From assembly GCA_051294375.1 (NCBI GenBank), contig JBJCIZ010001160.1:1-12246 (forward strand): a stretch of DNA of 12,246 nucleotides, in the 5' to 3' direction. Below the pieces are notes generated by a model. It made no database searches. It worked only from the letters and a program-made list of their open reading frames with translations, and had not been told where the DNA came from. The translations under genes were made by a program, and so were the position numbers. Source of the DNA: Paraspadella gotoi. Its lineage: Eukaryota; Animalia; Chaetognatha. This document shows positions 1-11,800 of this stretch, piece by piece. Position 1 is the first letter of the stretch, and every line of letters begins with the position of its first letter.

Positions 1-315
1 TTCTGCTCTTAAAAATAAAATTCAAAAAAAAATTTTTGACATTCTCTATCTATAAATAAATATTAACAAAATTAATTACTAATTCTTCTTGCCATTTTAG
101 AAAATTTGCTTCCATTGGAAAGTTTTCTTCAGGAAATGTCATCTGAATTTCATTTTGTGAAAGGTTCCCAAAATCAAACTTTCTGTCTGACCCACCCCAT
201 TGACGAAGTTTGGCTCTACTTAAAGAAGGAAAGTCCCAAAGGCAATCGGCGCGTGTTTCTAATCGAAAAAGGTTTACTTATTTTTGGATGAATGTCTGTC
301 TCAGTAGTGCAAACT

Positions 316-356
316 TGTGCAATGTGCAATGCACAATGTGCAATGCACAATGTGCA
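316..356. repeat. Short tandem repeat, 14-bp unit CAATGTGCAATGCA x about 2.6, internally palindromic
   Basis: Units start at 320, 334 and 348. Contains TGCACA-A-TGTGCA inverted pairs. Confidence 0.8.
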
Positions 357-2303
357 TATTTTTCTCCTTGATTTCAGTCACATAAAACATGGTGTGTTGT
401 TTTTGTTTTCATTTAAATTTCCACCTTAATTTAAAATTTAAGGAAACATTAACTTATTGATTTGATAAATAAATATAAAAAAATTCAGTAAAAGCTTAGG
501 GCATCTTTTGGAATAGCAAAATGTAGCTCGCAAACAAGTTAAATCTGGCGCATTCATCTAAGAATCAATCAGTTGGTGTCTTCTTGCCAATCGTTGCAAA
601 TCATTGTCTGGGAAGTTTCTTTTCTTCTTTGGAATCAAAAATATGAGAGAGATTTTTTTTATTCTTTGCCATCTTTAAGAGTGGCAGAAAAAGAGAAACA
701 TTATAGCATTTGAAGTATGTAAAAATTGTAAATGTAACTCGTTGTCTCGCTGGACTTCCACTTTTAAAGTTTCATCTTAAAGTCTGTTGGTGAAAAAAAT
801 ATGTAACTATAAAGACAAAACAAAGAAAAACAAATAAACAAGAACGCAAATTGTGGAAGCTTGAGTTGGCAGTTAGCCTTACTCTTTTTTATATTTTTAT
901 ATTTTTAAATTATTTTTAGATATTATCTTAAACAACACAAGAGCTCAATATTACAAAAAGTTATTCTCTTTGAATAAATTACGGTGGCATAGAATTGAAA
1001 TTAAACGACATCCTTTCTCTGATTCAAAGTCATATTTTTGCTTTCATAAAAAAAACATGAGAAAGATTGTAGAAAATATTGTTCATCAGAGCGAAAATCC
1101 CTAAGGCTTCAGACATTACCGGTTGAAGTTATTACTCCGAAAAGGGCCATTCAAACAGGGTCTAATAAATAAAAATGGAGGGGATTTTTAATTTTTTTAA
1201 TTTCTAGTACTACGTGTAGAGCATTACAAATAAAAAAAAGTTATAAAAATGCCTTTTGTCCGTAAATTTTATCAATTAGTAAGTTTATTACGAAGTGCTC
1301 TCGAACATGTAGATTTTTTCCCCCAAAGCTCAACACGACATGACATGATATGATTTCCCGCAGTAATAGACATTCCTTCTCCATTATCATCGAGATCCCC
1401 AGAGAGGTATCGTAGAGAGATGGACACAGCATAGCCACGTATGCTCGACTCATCTCGAAGTAAGTTTTTTTATTTAATTTATATAGATAATTCGATTTCT
1501 ATCATTTTCAAGAATTTAAGTTATCCAACATTATAAACATAATAAATATTAATTAAAAAGTGATGAAAATTATATAATTAATATTATCATTAATTTTTGA
1601 ACATCAACATTAGACGCTAAAGAAACATGATGAGATTAAAATATATCGTGTGAATAAGATGTATTCACCATATGTGTTTCTTGGTATAGTATAATGTTTA
1701 GTTTAGGTATGACAATTTTATTCGCCATCACTTATATTGTGATAGATTAGGTAGTTTTAAATAATAGTTAAGTACTATAAATCATATAGTTGGCGAATAA
1801 GTATTTTGCGATTTTCATTTATAATTGTAATTCAATTCTTCACGCAGGAGAACATCAAGACATAATACCGAGTTTTTACGGGTTTCCGATAGTGATCTTA
1901 GCCTCTTTTTATGTAAGAAAGAAAAAGAGAAAAGGAGAGGGAAAGAAAAAAAGAAAGGCATGCTTCCACACAGGGACTTATGCTGAACAGTCTAACGATC
2001 GTCCCACATCGAACACTTCATCCTTCCTGCCTTCCTCCTTCCAGTCGTGTGGAGCTCTAGCAACTGGATGGTGCTTGGCGCTTCCTCGTGAAAGTGCACC
2101 ACTACGTTCGCGACACTGCCTGGCTGCAGATGAAAGTCCATCAACGCCTCCTCGCCGCTCAATATGGCTCTCGTCGCCGTCTCCCTGCGAATCGGCTTTC
2201 TCTGCATAAACGGTAGGCCCTTATACTCCAGGTGCGCCTCAATAGTCTCGGTGGAGGGCATGTGTCAATTGTTGTGGTAAAAGATAGGTTGTTATTGAGT
2301 GCC

Positions 2304-2440
2304 GATGATGATGATGATTATCTATGCACTGATATTTATGATGATGCATAATGATAACGAGTGACGATGAACGATTGTGAGTTAAGATGAAAGACGATGA
2401 CACTTATTATTACTCATTATGATGATGAATGATGATATGA
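2304..2440. repeat. Degenerate (GAT)n microsatellite
   Basis: gatgatgatgatgat at about 2304-2318, with scattered GATGA/ATGAT units to about 2440. Confidence 0.7.
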
Positions 2441-3027
2441 AGCAACTAATGCAATACGTTTAAACCGAAATTTAAAGCCAAGAAACCGATGTTTATTGTC
2501 ACATTCCAACCTAGTATTCTTTGCACTTAAGCATACAAACTTGTTAAAGTTAAAAGCGTTTCGCGGCGAGAAGCACGTAAACCACGTTGTTGTTTTCTCA
2601 CGGCGAAAAAGGGAACAACCGCTCGATAGTACGTGTACAAAACGAGCTGACTTTAAACCAACCGCATGTTTAAGAAAAAAAAAGAAAATAAAACAAGGCT
2701 ATTCTAATCGCGACATATGTTAATTTTCATGTTACAGTTTTCCGATTTGGTAACAATTTAAGTACCTAAGAATAATTAGACTGACGTACATAGTGAAGAG
2801 TGAATAACATTACGTGGAAAATTCGACGTAATTTGCTTATGCAATGAACAGCGAGCATTTTAAACTCACGAGCCATGATTAAATCCTTCTGCTTAAAAAG
2901 CGTTATCGGCATCTGCGCGCTAATTTAAACCATTAATAGAATTGTAAAATTTTATAAAATTCATCGCTTTAATTTTCTTTAATGGATTGCTTTTTGTAAG
3001 CAAAATCCTTTGCGCTCATCGCTAAGC

Positions 3028-3045
3028 CGTCGTCGTCGTCGTCGT
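3028..3045. repeat. (CGT)6 microsatellite
   Basis: cgtcgtcgtcgtcgtcgt seen directly. Confidence 0.85.
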
Positions 3046-4061
3046 TTCTTTCGCATGGCAGAGTCATCCTCTTTTTGGCGTTAAAGAGTGCGACTTTTTT
3101 AACATTTACAAAATATAAACAATAATAAAAATAGAAACATATCTGGGGGATGGAAGAGCTAGATCAGGAGTGCAATCTAGTCTGTCTGTCCTGGTAAGTG
3201 CATAATAGAAGCATGGGTAGAGCGACAAGGGTATAATGAAGTGAATACAAAGTCCAAGCACGGTCGTTATCGCTGAATCCTGTAAGTGATGTTGAGAGTG
3301 GGCTCAGGGAAAATTGCGTAGAAAATGCTCCGCCAAACGATGCTGGGAAGAAAGGTGAATAAACCTTTGGCTCGGGCTAACGAATAGAGAGGAAAAGTGA
3401 GATCTTCCTTATCTGTTGAGCGGATAACGACTAAGCTTGGCTAATTGGCGCCCGTCCTCGAGCATAATAATGTTTCTTAACGTGATGACAATTAAAGTCT
3501 TTAGTTTAAAAATAATTTTTCAAGTTTTTAATTTTATGTTCCCATTTTTTTTTGGTTTACATCTGCGGACGAAGACTTTAACGATGTTTGTTTTCTGAGG
3601 CGCGGGTAACGTCAATTTTATTTATTTTTTTTTAATGGCTTGGAATTTGTTTCGATCAGCTAGTTCAGACAAATAAAAAGGTTAACGTTGAATCTATTTG
3701 AGCATTTAGAGGACAATTACTTTCTAAAAGTAATGATTTCGTCAGGACAGCATCGGCCGCGTATGTATAAGTATGCTTCTGGGGACAAAAATGATTTTCT
3801 GTTTTATATCTTTTAATGCAAAATAGTTCAATTTATATTTCTATTACTAATTAGTATTTTGGATAAAAAATATATTTTAAATGAAAATTAATTTATAACA
3901 TTATGATATTAAAAAATCTATTTCCGTGAGGTCTGCAACCCGGTAACATTTGTAATGGGGAGGGAGCACGTTTTCCGGATCATCGTTCACCTTTGCTGGA
4001 GATCGTTTCGGAGTCACGAGGTGAAAAGACCGTGAAAGTGAGAGATGAGAAAGAGAGTAGA

Positions 4062-4115
<54 letters not shown>
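4062..4115. repeat. (GA)n microsatellite
   Basis: Near-perfect GA run with single-base interruptions. Confidence 0.95.
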
Positions 4116-4476
4116 GATAACGGTGAGATGAATTAATTAATTAATATTAAGCCGGATACGGTCCCCAAGCCTTGAACTTTTAGTCAAAGACTAAAAAAAA
4201 GATAAATAGAAAAAAAAAAAAAAATAACCAAGGAGAGATGTAACGAATTTCCAACAACAGCTGTCAATTCAGCTTAACTATTAATAGAAAGAGAGATGAG
4301 AGAGAGAAGAGAGATACCTGAGGAATAGAGAGAGCATGAGACTGCCAGCAATAAAAGGACGACTCTAATCAAAGAAAAATATCGATAATTAGACATCAGC
4401 CATTCTAAATGATAAACTGCAGCGACAATGATTTTATGGCGTCGTGAAGAGTGTTACAGTTGTATTGAAATGAAAT

Positions 4477-4481
4477 GAGAG

Positions 4482-4559
<78 letters not shown>

Positions 4560-4563
4560 AGAG
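4477..4563. repeat. (GA)n microsatellite
   Basis: About 87-nt GA run with two GG phase slips. Confidence 0.97.
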
Positions 4564-5869
4564 GTGAAATATCTTACAGAAGATTGAGTTTCATTATCTT
4601 TCATTTAAACAGGCGGAAAAATGTTTAATTCAGATGAAATGGTGACGAAATTTCGTGGTCTGAACGTATCGCAATAATTTTACAATGTTTTTTCCATTTT
4701 TTTAATAATTTACTAGCGGGTCAATGAATTGATTGGCAGAATTGCTTTAGTTTGACATTGATTCCGCTTATCTCGTCAATAATGTATATACGGTCATGCC
4801 TATCTGTTACCGATTCAATTGCATCTCATTTAGTTGCATTCATTTAGATCATATATATCATTCGCTCCTTTTGATGATTGATTCTTTCATGTCATAAACC
4901 TTCTTCAGATGCTGCCTGCGCGCATCCTCATGCACTGTTTTCAAACATCAGATCAATAGGAATCGGCCGTCAAAGAGAAGTGGCTTCGCCTCTCAGCGCG
5001 CGGAGGTAAAATAAATGTAAAGAATCAAAGAGAAAAATAATTAGAACTGCCTCATTCTAATGTGGCCAAAATATCTCGTGGTTGCATTTCAAATGAGATT
5101 GAGCTCTTCAATCTCGTTTACATATTGTAGCAGTTTTAGAGCCATTTCTCATATCTGATGTGATCAAACTTTCATCAATAGTCTTATTTTACGCGTTTAG
5201 CATCGACGCTTTTATAGGTTTTAACTAGTTTAGGCGGTCCGGTTGCCACTGTAGAAAAGGCAACTCGCTGTGAAAACCGTCACCGTCGAACCAAAGGTCT
5301 GCTTCATGTTATAGGAATTGAATCGACGTTTTCGTCGTCCTCTGTCTCCCGCAATCTTCACATCAGCCTTCGTTCACGTGAGTCTGAACTAGAAAGGGAA
5401 ACGCCATCGAAATGGTCTTGGATTCACACGAGCGTATCGTAGACTTTTTATTTAAGTTCTTTTTTTTTTTATGTAATCGTTTATCTTTACATTATTTTAT
5501 TAATTTCTAGCCTCCTAAGCGGCGGGTTGTTTTAATTGTCGTCGTCCAAGTCGTTGTCGTAATTAACCGCAATAATTTTTACAAAAAGTCTTTTCGTTTC
5601 CTCTCCAAGCTCGCCGATTTTTCCTCCTCTCACCTCCTCCTCACTCACTTTTCTTCCCTTCAGCGATGAACAAGGGGTGGCCACGCCGTCCCTGCTTCGC
5701 TTAACCGTCAAACGGCGCAACCTCATGTCCAAAACTCAAAAACTCGTCAACTTTTTCGTCTACGTGCTCAGCTGCTCGAATTTTCGAACGGAATTTTTTC
5801 CGCAGTTTTCCGGTTTCAACGCCGACAGAGGGCGGAGAGAGAGGAGAGGAAGGCGTGCTTGCGAGAAAT

Positions 5870-5947
5870 GGGGAGGGGAGGCCCATGGGACGGGGAGATG
5901 AGAGGGGAAGGCGGTGGGGGCGATGGGGGAAGGGGGCGCGTCGAGGG
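5870..5947 (+). other. G-tract cluster with G-quadruplex potential
   Basis: Nine runs of 3-5 G: 5870-73, 5875-78, 5887-89, 5892-95, 5904-07, 5916-20, 5925-29, 5932-36, 5945-47. Confidence 0.6.
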
Positions 5948-8335
5948 CGGTCGCACGTTTTTAACCTCGACATGAGTCGTTGGGGCACTGAAAATGAGGA
6001 GAAGCAAACGGGTGGCCCAGACGATTCCGGATGATTTGAAATACATGTCACTCGTTTCAAGTTTCGTTGTTTGTACAATTTAGAGTAGGATTTCGTCTTT
6101 AAAGCATCGATTGAAAAAATAATTTGGTACGCATATGCAATACTTACGCTAGGATGATTGTTATTCGTAAATTTCAAAGTAAATCTTCTGAGTGACAGTT
6201 TTTCTTTGCATCATGATTTGCGACTTATTTGATCAGAAATGGGCCTCCTGCGTTCGTCTCGCATTACGTTCTTAATTGTCGTGACAGAAACGCTATTACA
6301 AGCTTACCATCGCTTTTCAATATCGTGTCTAAATAGTGTAAAAATTTTGAAATGTGATCGCAATTGTCTTAAGAGCTTTTTTATGGAACCGGAAATCTAG
6401 TCTCGAATTCATAAATATGCCTCAATCATTGTTTTTTTCCGTTATTTTCCCAGCAAAAAATGTTTAATAGAAATTGGTCTGTCACAACTTTCGTATATTT
6501 TAAATCATTTCTTGCTCCACACAAGGAGCATCTAGATGGATGGTCATGTTTCGTCAATTTGATTTGTCGTGAGTTAAGTGACATGAAAAATAAAATGACC
6601 GGTAATGAACCTTAATTGTCAAGAACAAATGAAAAAACTAAAACGAGACAGCAATATGCTTATCGAGGATTTTTTTTCTATATCCCTAACGTATAATTTT
6701 AATTTGTTAAATTTTGATTTTCCCAATTATTTTTTCCTATTTTTTTTTAAACGCATATATGTCCTAGTTCGTGTCGATTCTTTTGACGCGTTCATAAGTC
6801 GATCGCGAATTGAAATTTGCGTTTTTCCACCAAATGAATCCAAACATCGATGAAAGGCGGAAGAGCCCATTGCCAGCTACTACCAAAAACGAGTCGACGG
6901 TGAAGCAAAGCTTCACGGGAGCTTCAAGGTTTAGAATAAAAAATGGTATGTAATAAATGAATTAAATCAATATCTAATCTACGACAAACTTCATAGAAAG
7001 GCAAATATATGGGCTCAGCAAAGAATTCGTGAGAACAACGAAAGAAGACTATGACGAGTGAATTGGTACGAGTTTCCGCTCGCCAGTCGTTAAAAAGTAA
7101 GGCCGATGCAGATACGAAAGGTTCGCGTTATCGTTCATACAATATAATCATTTGAGCTTTATTATGTAGTCTCAATTTGAGTCGAGTTGTGAGTATTTGA
7201 ATTTGGGTTGCATTAGGACGTGATAGCGAAAGGTTGAGAGCGTAACGTTACATTTCCTAAATCCTATCGTTTTCTCAGGTTCTCTTTCAAAGGAGATCCG
7301 TGAAGGAGCTTCAACGCTCCCTACTCCCTACACCTTGAAGGAATCGAACGACAGGGAAAATCTGGAAAGTTTTGTTATCAAACGTGGAGAAGGGACGGAT
7401 AAGGGAAAGGTTTCAAGACAGCGACCGAAGGTTCTTTCGGATTTCTAAAGTAGGTCGACGAGTCATCGAATTACGCAGCGCAGATGTATCCTTTATTTCG
7501 TATCAACCACGACCGACACGGGGATTCCCGTCCCTATCCTCGTGCTTCGGTCCGAATCGAGCTTCGAAATACGGAGGAAGTTCAATCTACCCAAGCCTGT
7601 CAGTACAACAACGGGAACTGGAAACAGGGGAGATGGGGCCGGATCCATCGCGGTCGCCGACTTCAAATGTTCGCTCGGTTGAGGAAAAATGAGCCGATAG
7701 GAAAAGAAGGGGACGCAGAGAAGAAGATAATTTATCTTTTTTATAACGGGTCGTCGTTAAAAAGAAACGGCTTCGTTTCCTGTGGCGCACGCGGACGAAA
7801 GCGTTCTTCTTTCAAACCGTGTGTAAACTAAAAAATTAACGCTTGGAATGTTTTCTCGACACAGTAATAGTTTTAATTATCATAGCGATATATAAAAGGC
7901 ATAAGATAAATTTAGCAGTTCCCTTCTACATTCGCAAAAAAGTCAGTTTGAGGTTAGGCCCGAGGATCTCAACTTCCTTTTGATTGGTTTTAAGGACGTT
8001 TGCTTTGTTTTTTGCTTCCGCTTTGTTTTCGCTTTATTTGCTTTCCATTTTTTTTTTTTTTGTTTTCTTAATATTCGGTTTCTTTTTCCCATCGAAAACA
8101 GTATTTACAGATACCCAAGGATTGAAACCGGGAATTGAAATGATTCCTTTTCTTGGGAGGGAAGCTTAAGTAATTAGAATTGTTTTTTTTCACTTATGAT
8201 ATGGGGAAATAGATTGAGAAATCAGGAAAAAACAATAAATAAAGCAAAAAAATAAGAATGGAAAGAAACGTTTTTTAGGTAACGTTTATTGAACGAAATC
8301 CTAAAATTACGGTTCGTTAATTTTATCTAAATTAA

Positions 8336-8735
8336 GATAAGAAAGCAAGAAAGAAAGAAAGAAAGAAGAAGAAGAAAGAAAGAAGAGAAGAAAGAAGAAG
8401 AAAGTAAGAGAAAGAAAGAAGAAATGAATGAAGATAAATGAATGAATAGAATGCAATGAATGAATGAAAATAAAATGAATGATAAAAGGATATAAATAAT
8501 GAAGAATTAATGAATAAATGAATGATGATAAATTAATAATGAATGATGAGGGAATTAATAAATAAATAAACGATAAATTAATGAATGAGATGAATGAATG
8601 AATGAATGAATGAATGAATAAATGAATGAATATAATGAATGGAATAAATGAGTGAATAATGATAAATAAATACAATGAATAAAGAATAAAGAAAAGAAAA
8701 AAAAGAAAGAAAAGGAGGAAAGGAGGAAAAGAAAG
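8336..8735. repeat. Compound simple repeat (AAAG/AAG)n-(GAAT/AAAT)n-(AAAG/AGG)n at an intron 5' end
   Basis: GAAA/GAA units at about 8339-8424, GAAT/AAAT units at about 8424-8680 and an A/G tract at about 8680-8735. It abuts the donor at 8736-8741. Confidence 0.92.
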
Positions 8736-8741
8736 ACTTAC
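8736..8741 (-). other. 5' splice donor (AGG|GTAAGT) ending dynein segment D2
   Basis: Plus strand ACTTAC at 8736-8741 is a perfect intronic U2 donor hexamer exactly where dynein similarity ends and simple repeats begin. Confidence 0.85.
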
Positions 8742-8864
8742 CCTCTAAAAATTGCTTCAATCCCTAAAGCTGAAGACGAGATGGAAATAACCATCACCGT
8801 TCTCTAGACCGAAACTCAGTCGCCGGGATATGGACTGTTGCGATGTGACACCCGGTTCGAAACC
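8742..8864 (-). CDS. DNAH5: Dynein heavy chain segment D2 (AAA2 arginine-finger region): FEP...SPAT-SRNGMV-ISSSAL-W--ILE
   Basis: TTC GAA CCG at 8861-8853, then CCC GGC GAC T (PAT, allowing a slip), TCT AGA [G] AAC GGT [G] ATG GTT, ATC TCG TCT TCA GCT TTA and TTA GAG G, followed immediately by a consensus donor GTAAGT (8741-8736). Confidence 0.85.
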
Positions 8865-11800
8865 GCACGTTAAATCAGTCTTCCAATGAAATTAAAAGAT
8901 CTTGAAAGCGACATACATAATCTTATTAAGTTGACAACTCAAATCGAAGTAGCATCTGCTATATCCCTTCATTGGGCGATTGGGCAGTAGACGAAATCCC
9001 GGGTCCCCGTTGGCCGAGGGGTGAGCGTCTTGTTGTCGTCGAGGACCGAATTGAGATTTTTCGATCCTAGATGGCGTCGACAGGGTCGTGAGGAACGATC
9101 CAAATGTTGGGTCCGTTCGAGGCGGGGATGGACCGCGGGGTGGTGTGTGACAAAACGTCGGAGATTTTAAATGTTTAAATGATTAAATGATAAAGAATCT
9201 TAATCTTGTTTTTACAATTAATTTTTTTTTCTAATTTCGTTTTTTTTTACATTTTTAGTCCTTTTGACTGAGGTCACTTATAATCCAATCTGATAAGGAG
9301 TAAAAGGAACCAACCGACTCGAATCCGACCGAACACCCCAACCAATCCCAACCAACCAAACCGACCCAAACCGACGCAACCGACGACCAACGCAACCAAC
9401 CGACCGACGAACGCATTTCATCCTTTTTTCGCCCTTGAGCGTCTTCCTCCACAAAGTGAGAAAATGCCGTCCGTCCAGTTCGTTGTCGCGACGTCGGAGG
9501 CGCCGAGACATTTGGGGCGCCGTGACTCGCCTTGGGGTTTTACGGAACTCTTTGTGCGGCGCCCCGCACTCCGTCATCGCTGCGCACCGGAAGTGAACCC
9601 GGAGATTGATGATGATGCACTGGATGATGGCGTAGGATCGAAGAAAAAAAAAAAAAAGAACATGATGTTTAAAATTTTAAAATACAATATTACAACCGGC
9701 AACGATTTGCGAGTATAATCCGTATATATAGCAAAATGTAAGGCATTGTAAGAGAATGGAAGAGAAGGAAAAAAATTTATGTAGTAGTATGATAAGTTAA
9801 CGAGAATCTCGCTTAAAAAAAAATTCAAGATTTTTCTAATAGAGATTTCCGGTTAAATCTGACTACCCATATTGAAACGAGATTGTTCAGAAAAATTCGG
9901 GTAAAAAACAGTTGCTAAACACACACGATTCCGATAAGCGTTATATCTTAATGAGCTTGCCAAATTCGTCTTAGTGGGCATTTTGATAAAGATTTATTCA
10001 AACAGCCGACGGGGAAATGCACTGGTCATCTCCGGAGAATTTTCAAACGCTTGTTTTTACTATAGAAATGAAAAGGGAAATTTTGCTTTTCAAAAAATTG
10101 TAAACGGGGCTAGGGTATGTTTAACATTATAAATATTACTGTGTCGATTAATGAGATTTAGAAGCCTCTTGTCTCAAAGAACTTGCCAAATTTTTCTTTT
10201 CATTATACTGACCAAACTCTTTCATAGTAAAACCAACGGGTAGTCCAATTGGTCTGGTTTGACAACATGAATTTTTATTCTAATAAAGAAATTAAAACGG
10301 AAGGTTGAAGGAGAAAAAATGATTATTTCCTGTTATCTCTTGAAGGATAAAGATACAGGGATGCAATAGTACGAAAATGGAAAGCCATAATCATTGGGCA
10401 CATACAAGTTACAATATTAGGAGATTAATTTTTGCCTTAAACCTCTTTTACAGGGTGAGTGTCTAAACTGAAGTCAAATTATAATGAATTTTAAACTAAG
10501 TGAAACCCCATAAAATAAATGAAAATTAAATTCTTTTTAAGTGATTGGTGAAAGGAAAAAGGTAAATGTACTCTAGTAAAAACTTTAAAGTTTTTGGATA
10601 AGAAAACTATAATTTTTATTTAAGCTTAAATATTTGCTTGACTGCTATTACAGCATCGGCTACAAAATTCTACTCAAAATATTTTCCACCGCCATCACAG
10701 CCTAAGTTTTTTTTCTTTTCCACAGGCAAAAAGTAAACATTAATTTTTGCTAGAGAACAGGGATGTTTACTGAAATGAGCCGGAAGACATTCAACTTCTT
10801 GCATTTACTGTCATTTTTTCATAATAGAAATAGCGCGAATTTTTTAATTATTTACATCTCACAGGCTTCATCAAGAATTATACTTTCATAATATCCAATA
10901 GTTAATATAATTTATTAATATTTTTTAACCAAGCAAATGATAAAATACAGAAAGTTGTGGATTCCCTTCGCGTCGTTATAAGAAAAAAAATTGAACTAGG
11001 CGGAATTTTACAGTTTGTAAGAGGAAGTCAGAATCGGCGAAAATCTAAAAGGCGAAAATGTTGAAAAAAGGGGAGAGGAATTTTGGTTGTTTTGATCGAT
11101 TTCTTCAAATCCATGGGCCAATTTTGACGTTAACTTAAGATTTACATTATTCATCATTCTCTGATGTGCTGGCTATCCAAAAATATAAAAACAATTATGA
11201 AAAAAGGTTTGGGATCGAGTTGTAAGAGAAATTTGGATTCTAATAATGTTAATAAAGTAAGAAATTGCTGAGAGGAAGTTTTGAAGTTTTAAGGGTAATG
11301 GGGTATTACAGGATTTTGCGAAGGAGTCACTTTCTGTATGGATCGATGATCACGTTTACTACACACCAGAGACCACTGGTCTCGCGGCTTCCTCAGCCCA
11401 AAGACCTTACATGAGGAGAAGGATGCACTTGGTCTTCCCGGCTGCCATCAGCGCCCGAGCGTCATATCCTTCGTGACGAACGGCGCGGTTTGAGTCCGAA
11501 GAGTGGATCGAGTTTGAGGACCCATAGGAGCTGGTCGGCTGCACGAGACCCGCGTACCGCCGACATTGGTGCTTCGATCCGCCCGTCTGCCATACCGATC
11601 TCCGGATACCCCGCACTCTAGCACACCATCCGAGAGTAGCGGCCGGAAAAGTTAGAAAACCATCGAATGGTAACGGCGTTCAGAGATGTTATACATGCTC
11701 CTTACTCTCTCTCTCGCTTTTCAACTTCTCTCTCACATCTCTATGCTCTTCTCGTCATGCTTGACGATCTCTTCCTCTCTCTCTCTCGATCGACTTGTTC

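Noticed and set aside
316-356. CRISPR-like palindromic repeat
   Set aside because: No spacers, the unit is too short, and the context is eukaryotic.
1364-1459. + strand exon-like segment (CCCGCAG...GTAAGT)
   Set aside because: All three frames contain stops and there is no recognisable peptide.
1848-1912. + strand 65-nt exon-like segment (CACGCAG...GTAAGA)
   Set aside because: No recognisable peptide and no convincing partner exons. It is antisense to the only supported gene.
5701-6177. Longest ORF (158 aa) as a standalone gene
   Set aside because: Non-ATG start, and the Pro/Ser-rich middle comes from the G-tract low-complexity DNA. No family resemblance.
8307-8760. ORFs 8307..8675 and 8578..8760 as membrane proteins
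   Set aside because: They are translations of ATTC/TTTC repeats. Only the LEG codons near the start of 8578..8760 overlap the real exon end.
10449-10457. TACAGGGTG, resembling a Tc1/mariner or MITE terminus
   Set aside because: I found no matching inverted end (CACCCTGTA) and no transposase remnant.
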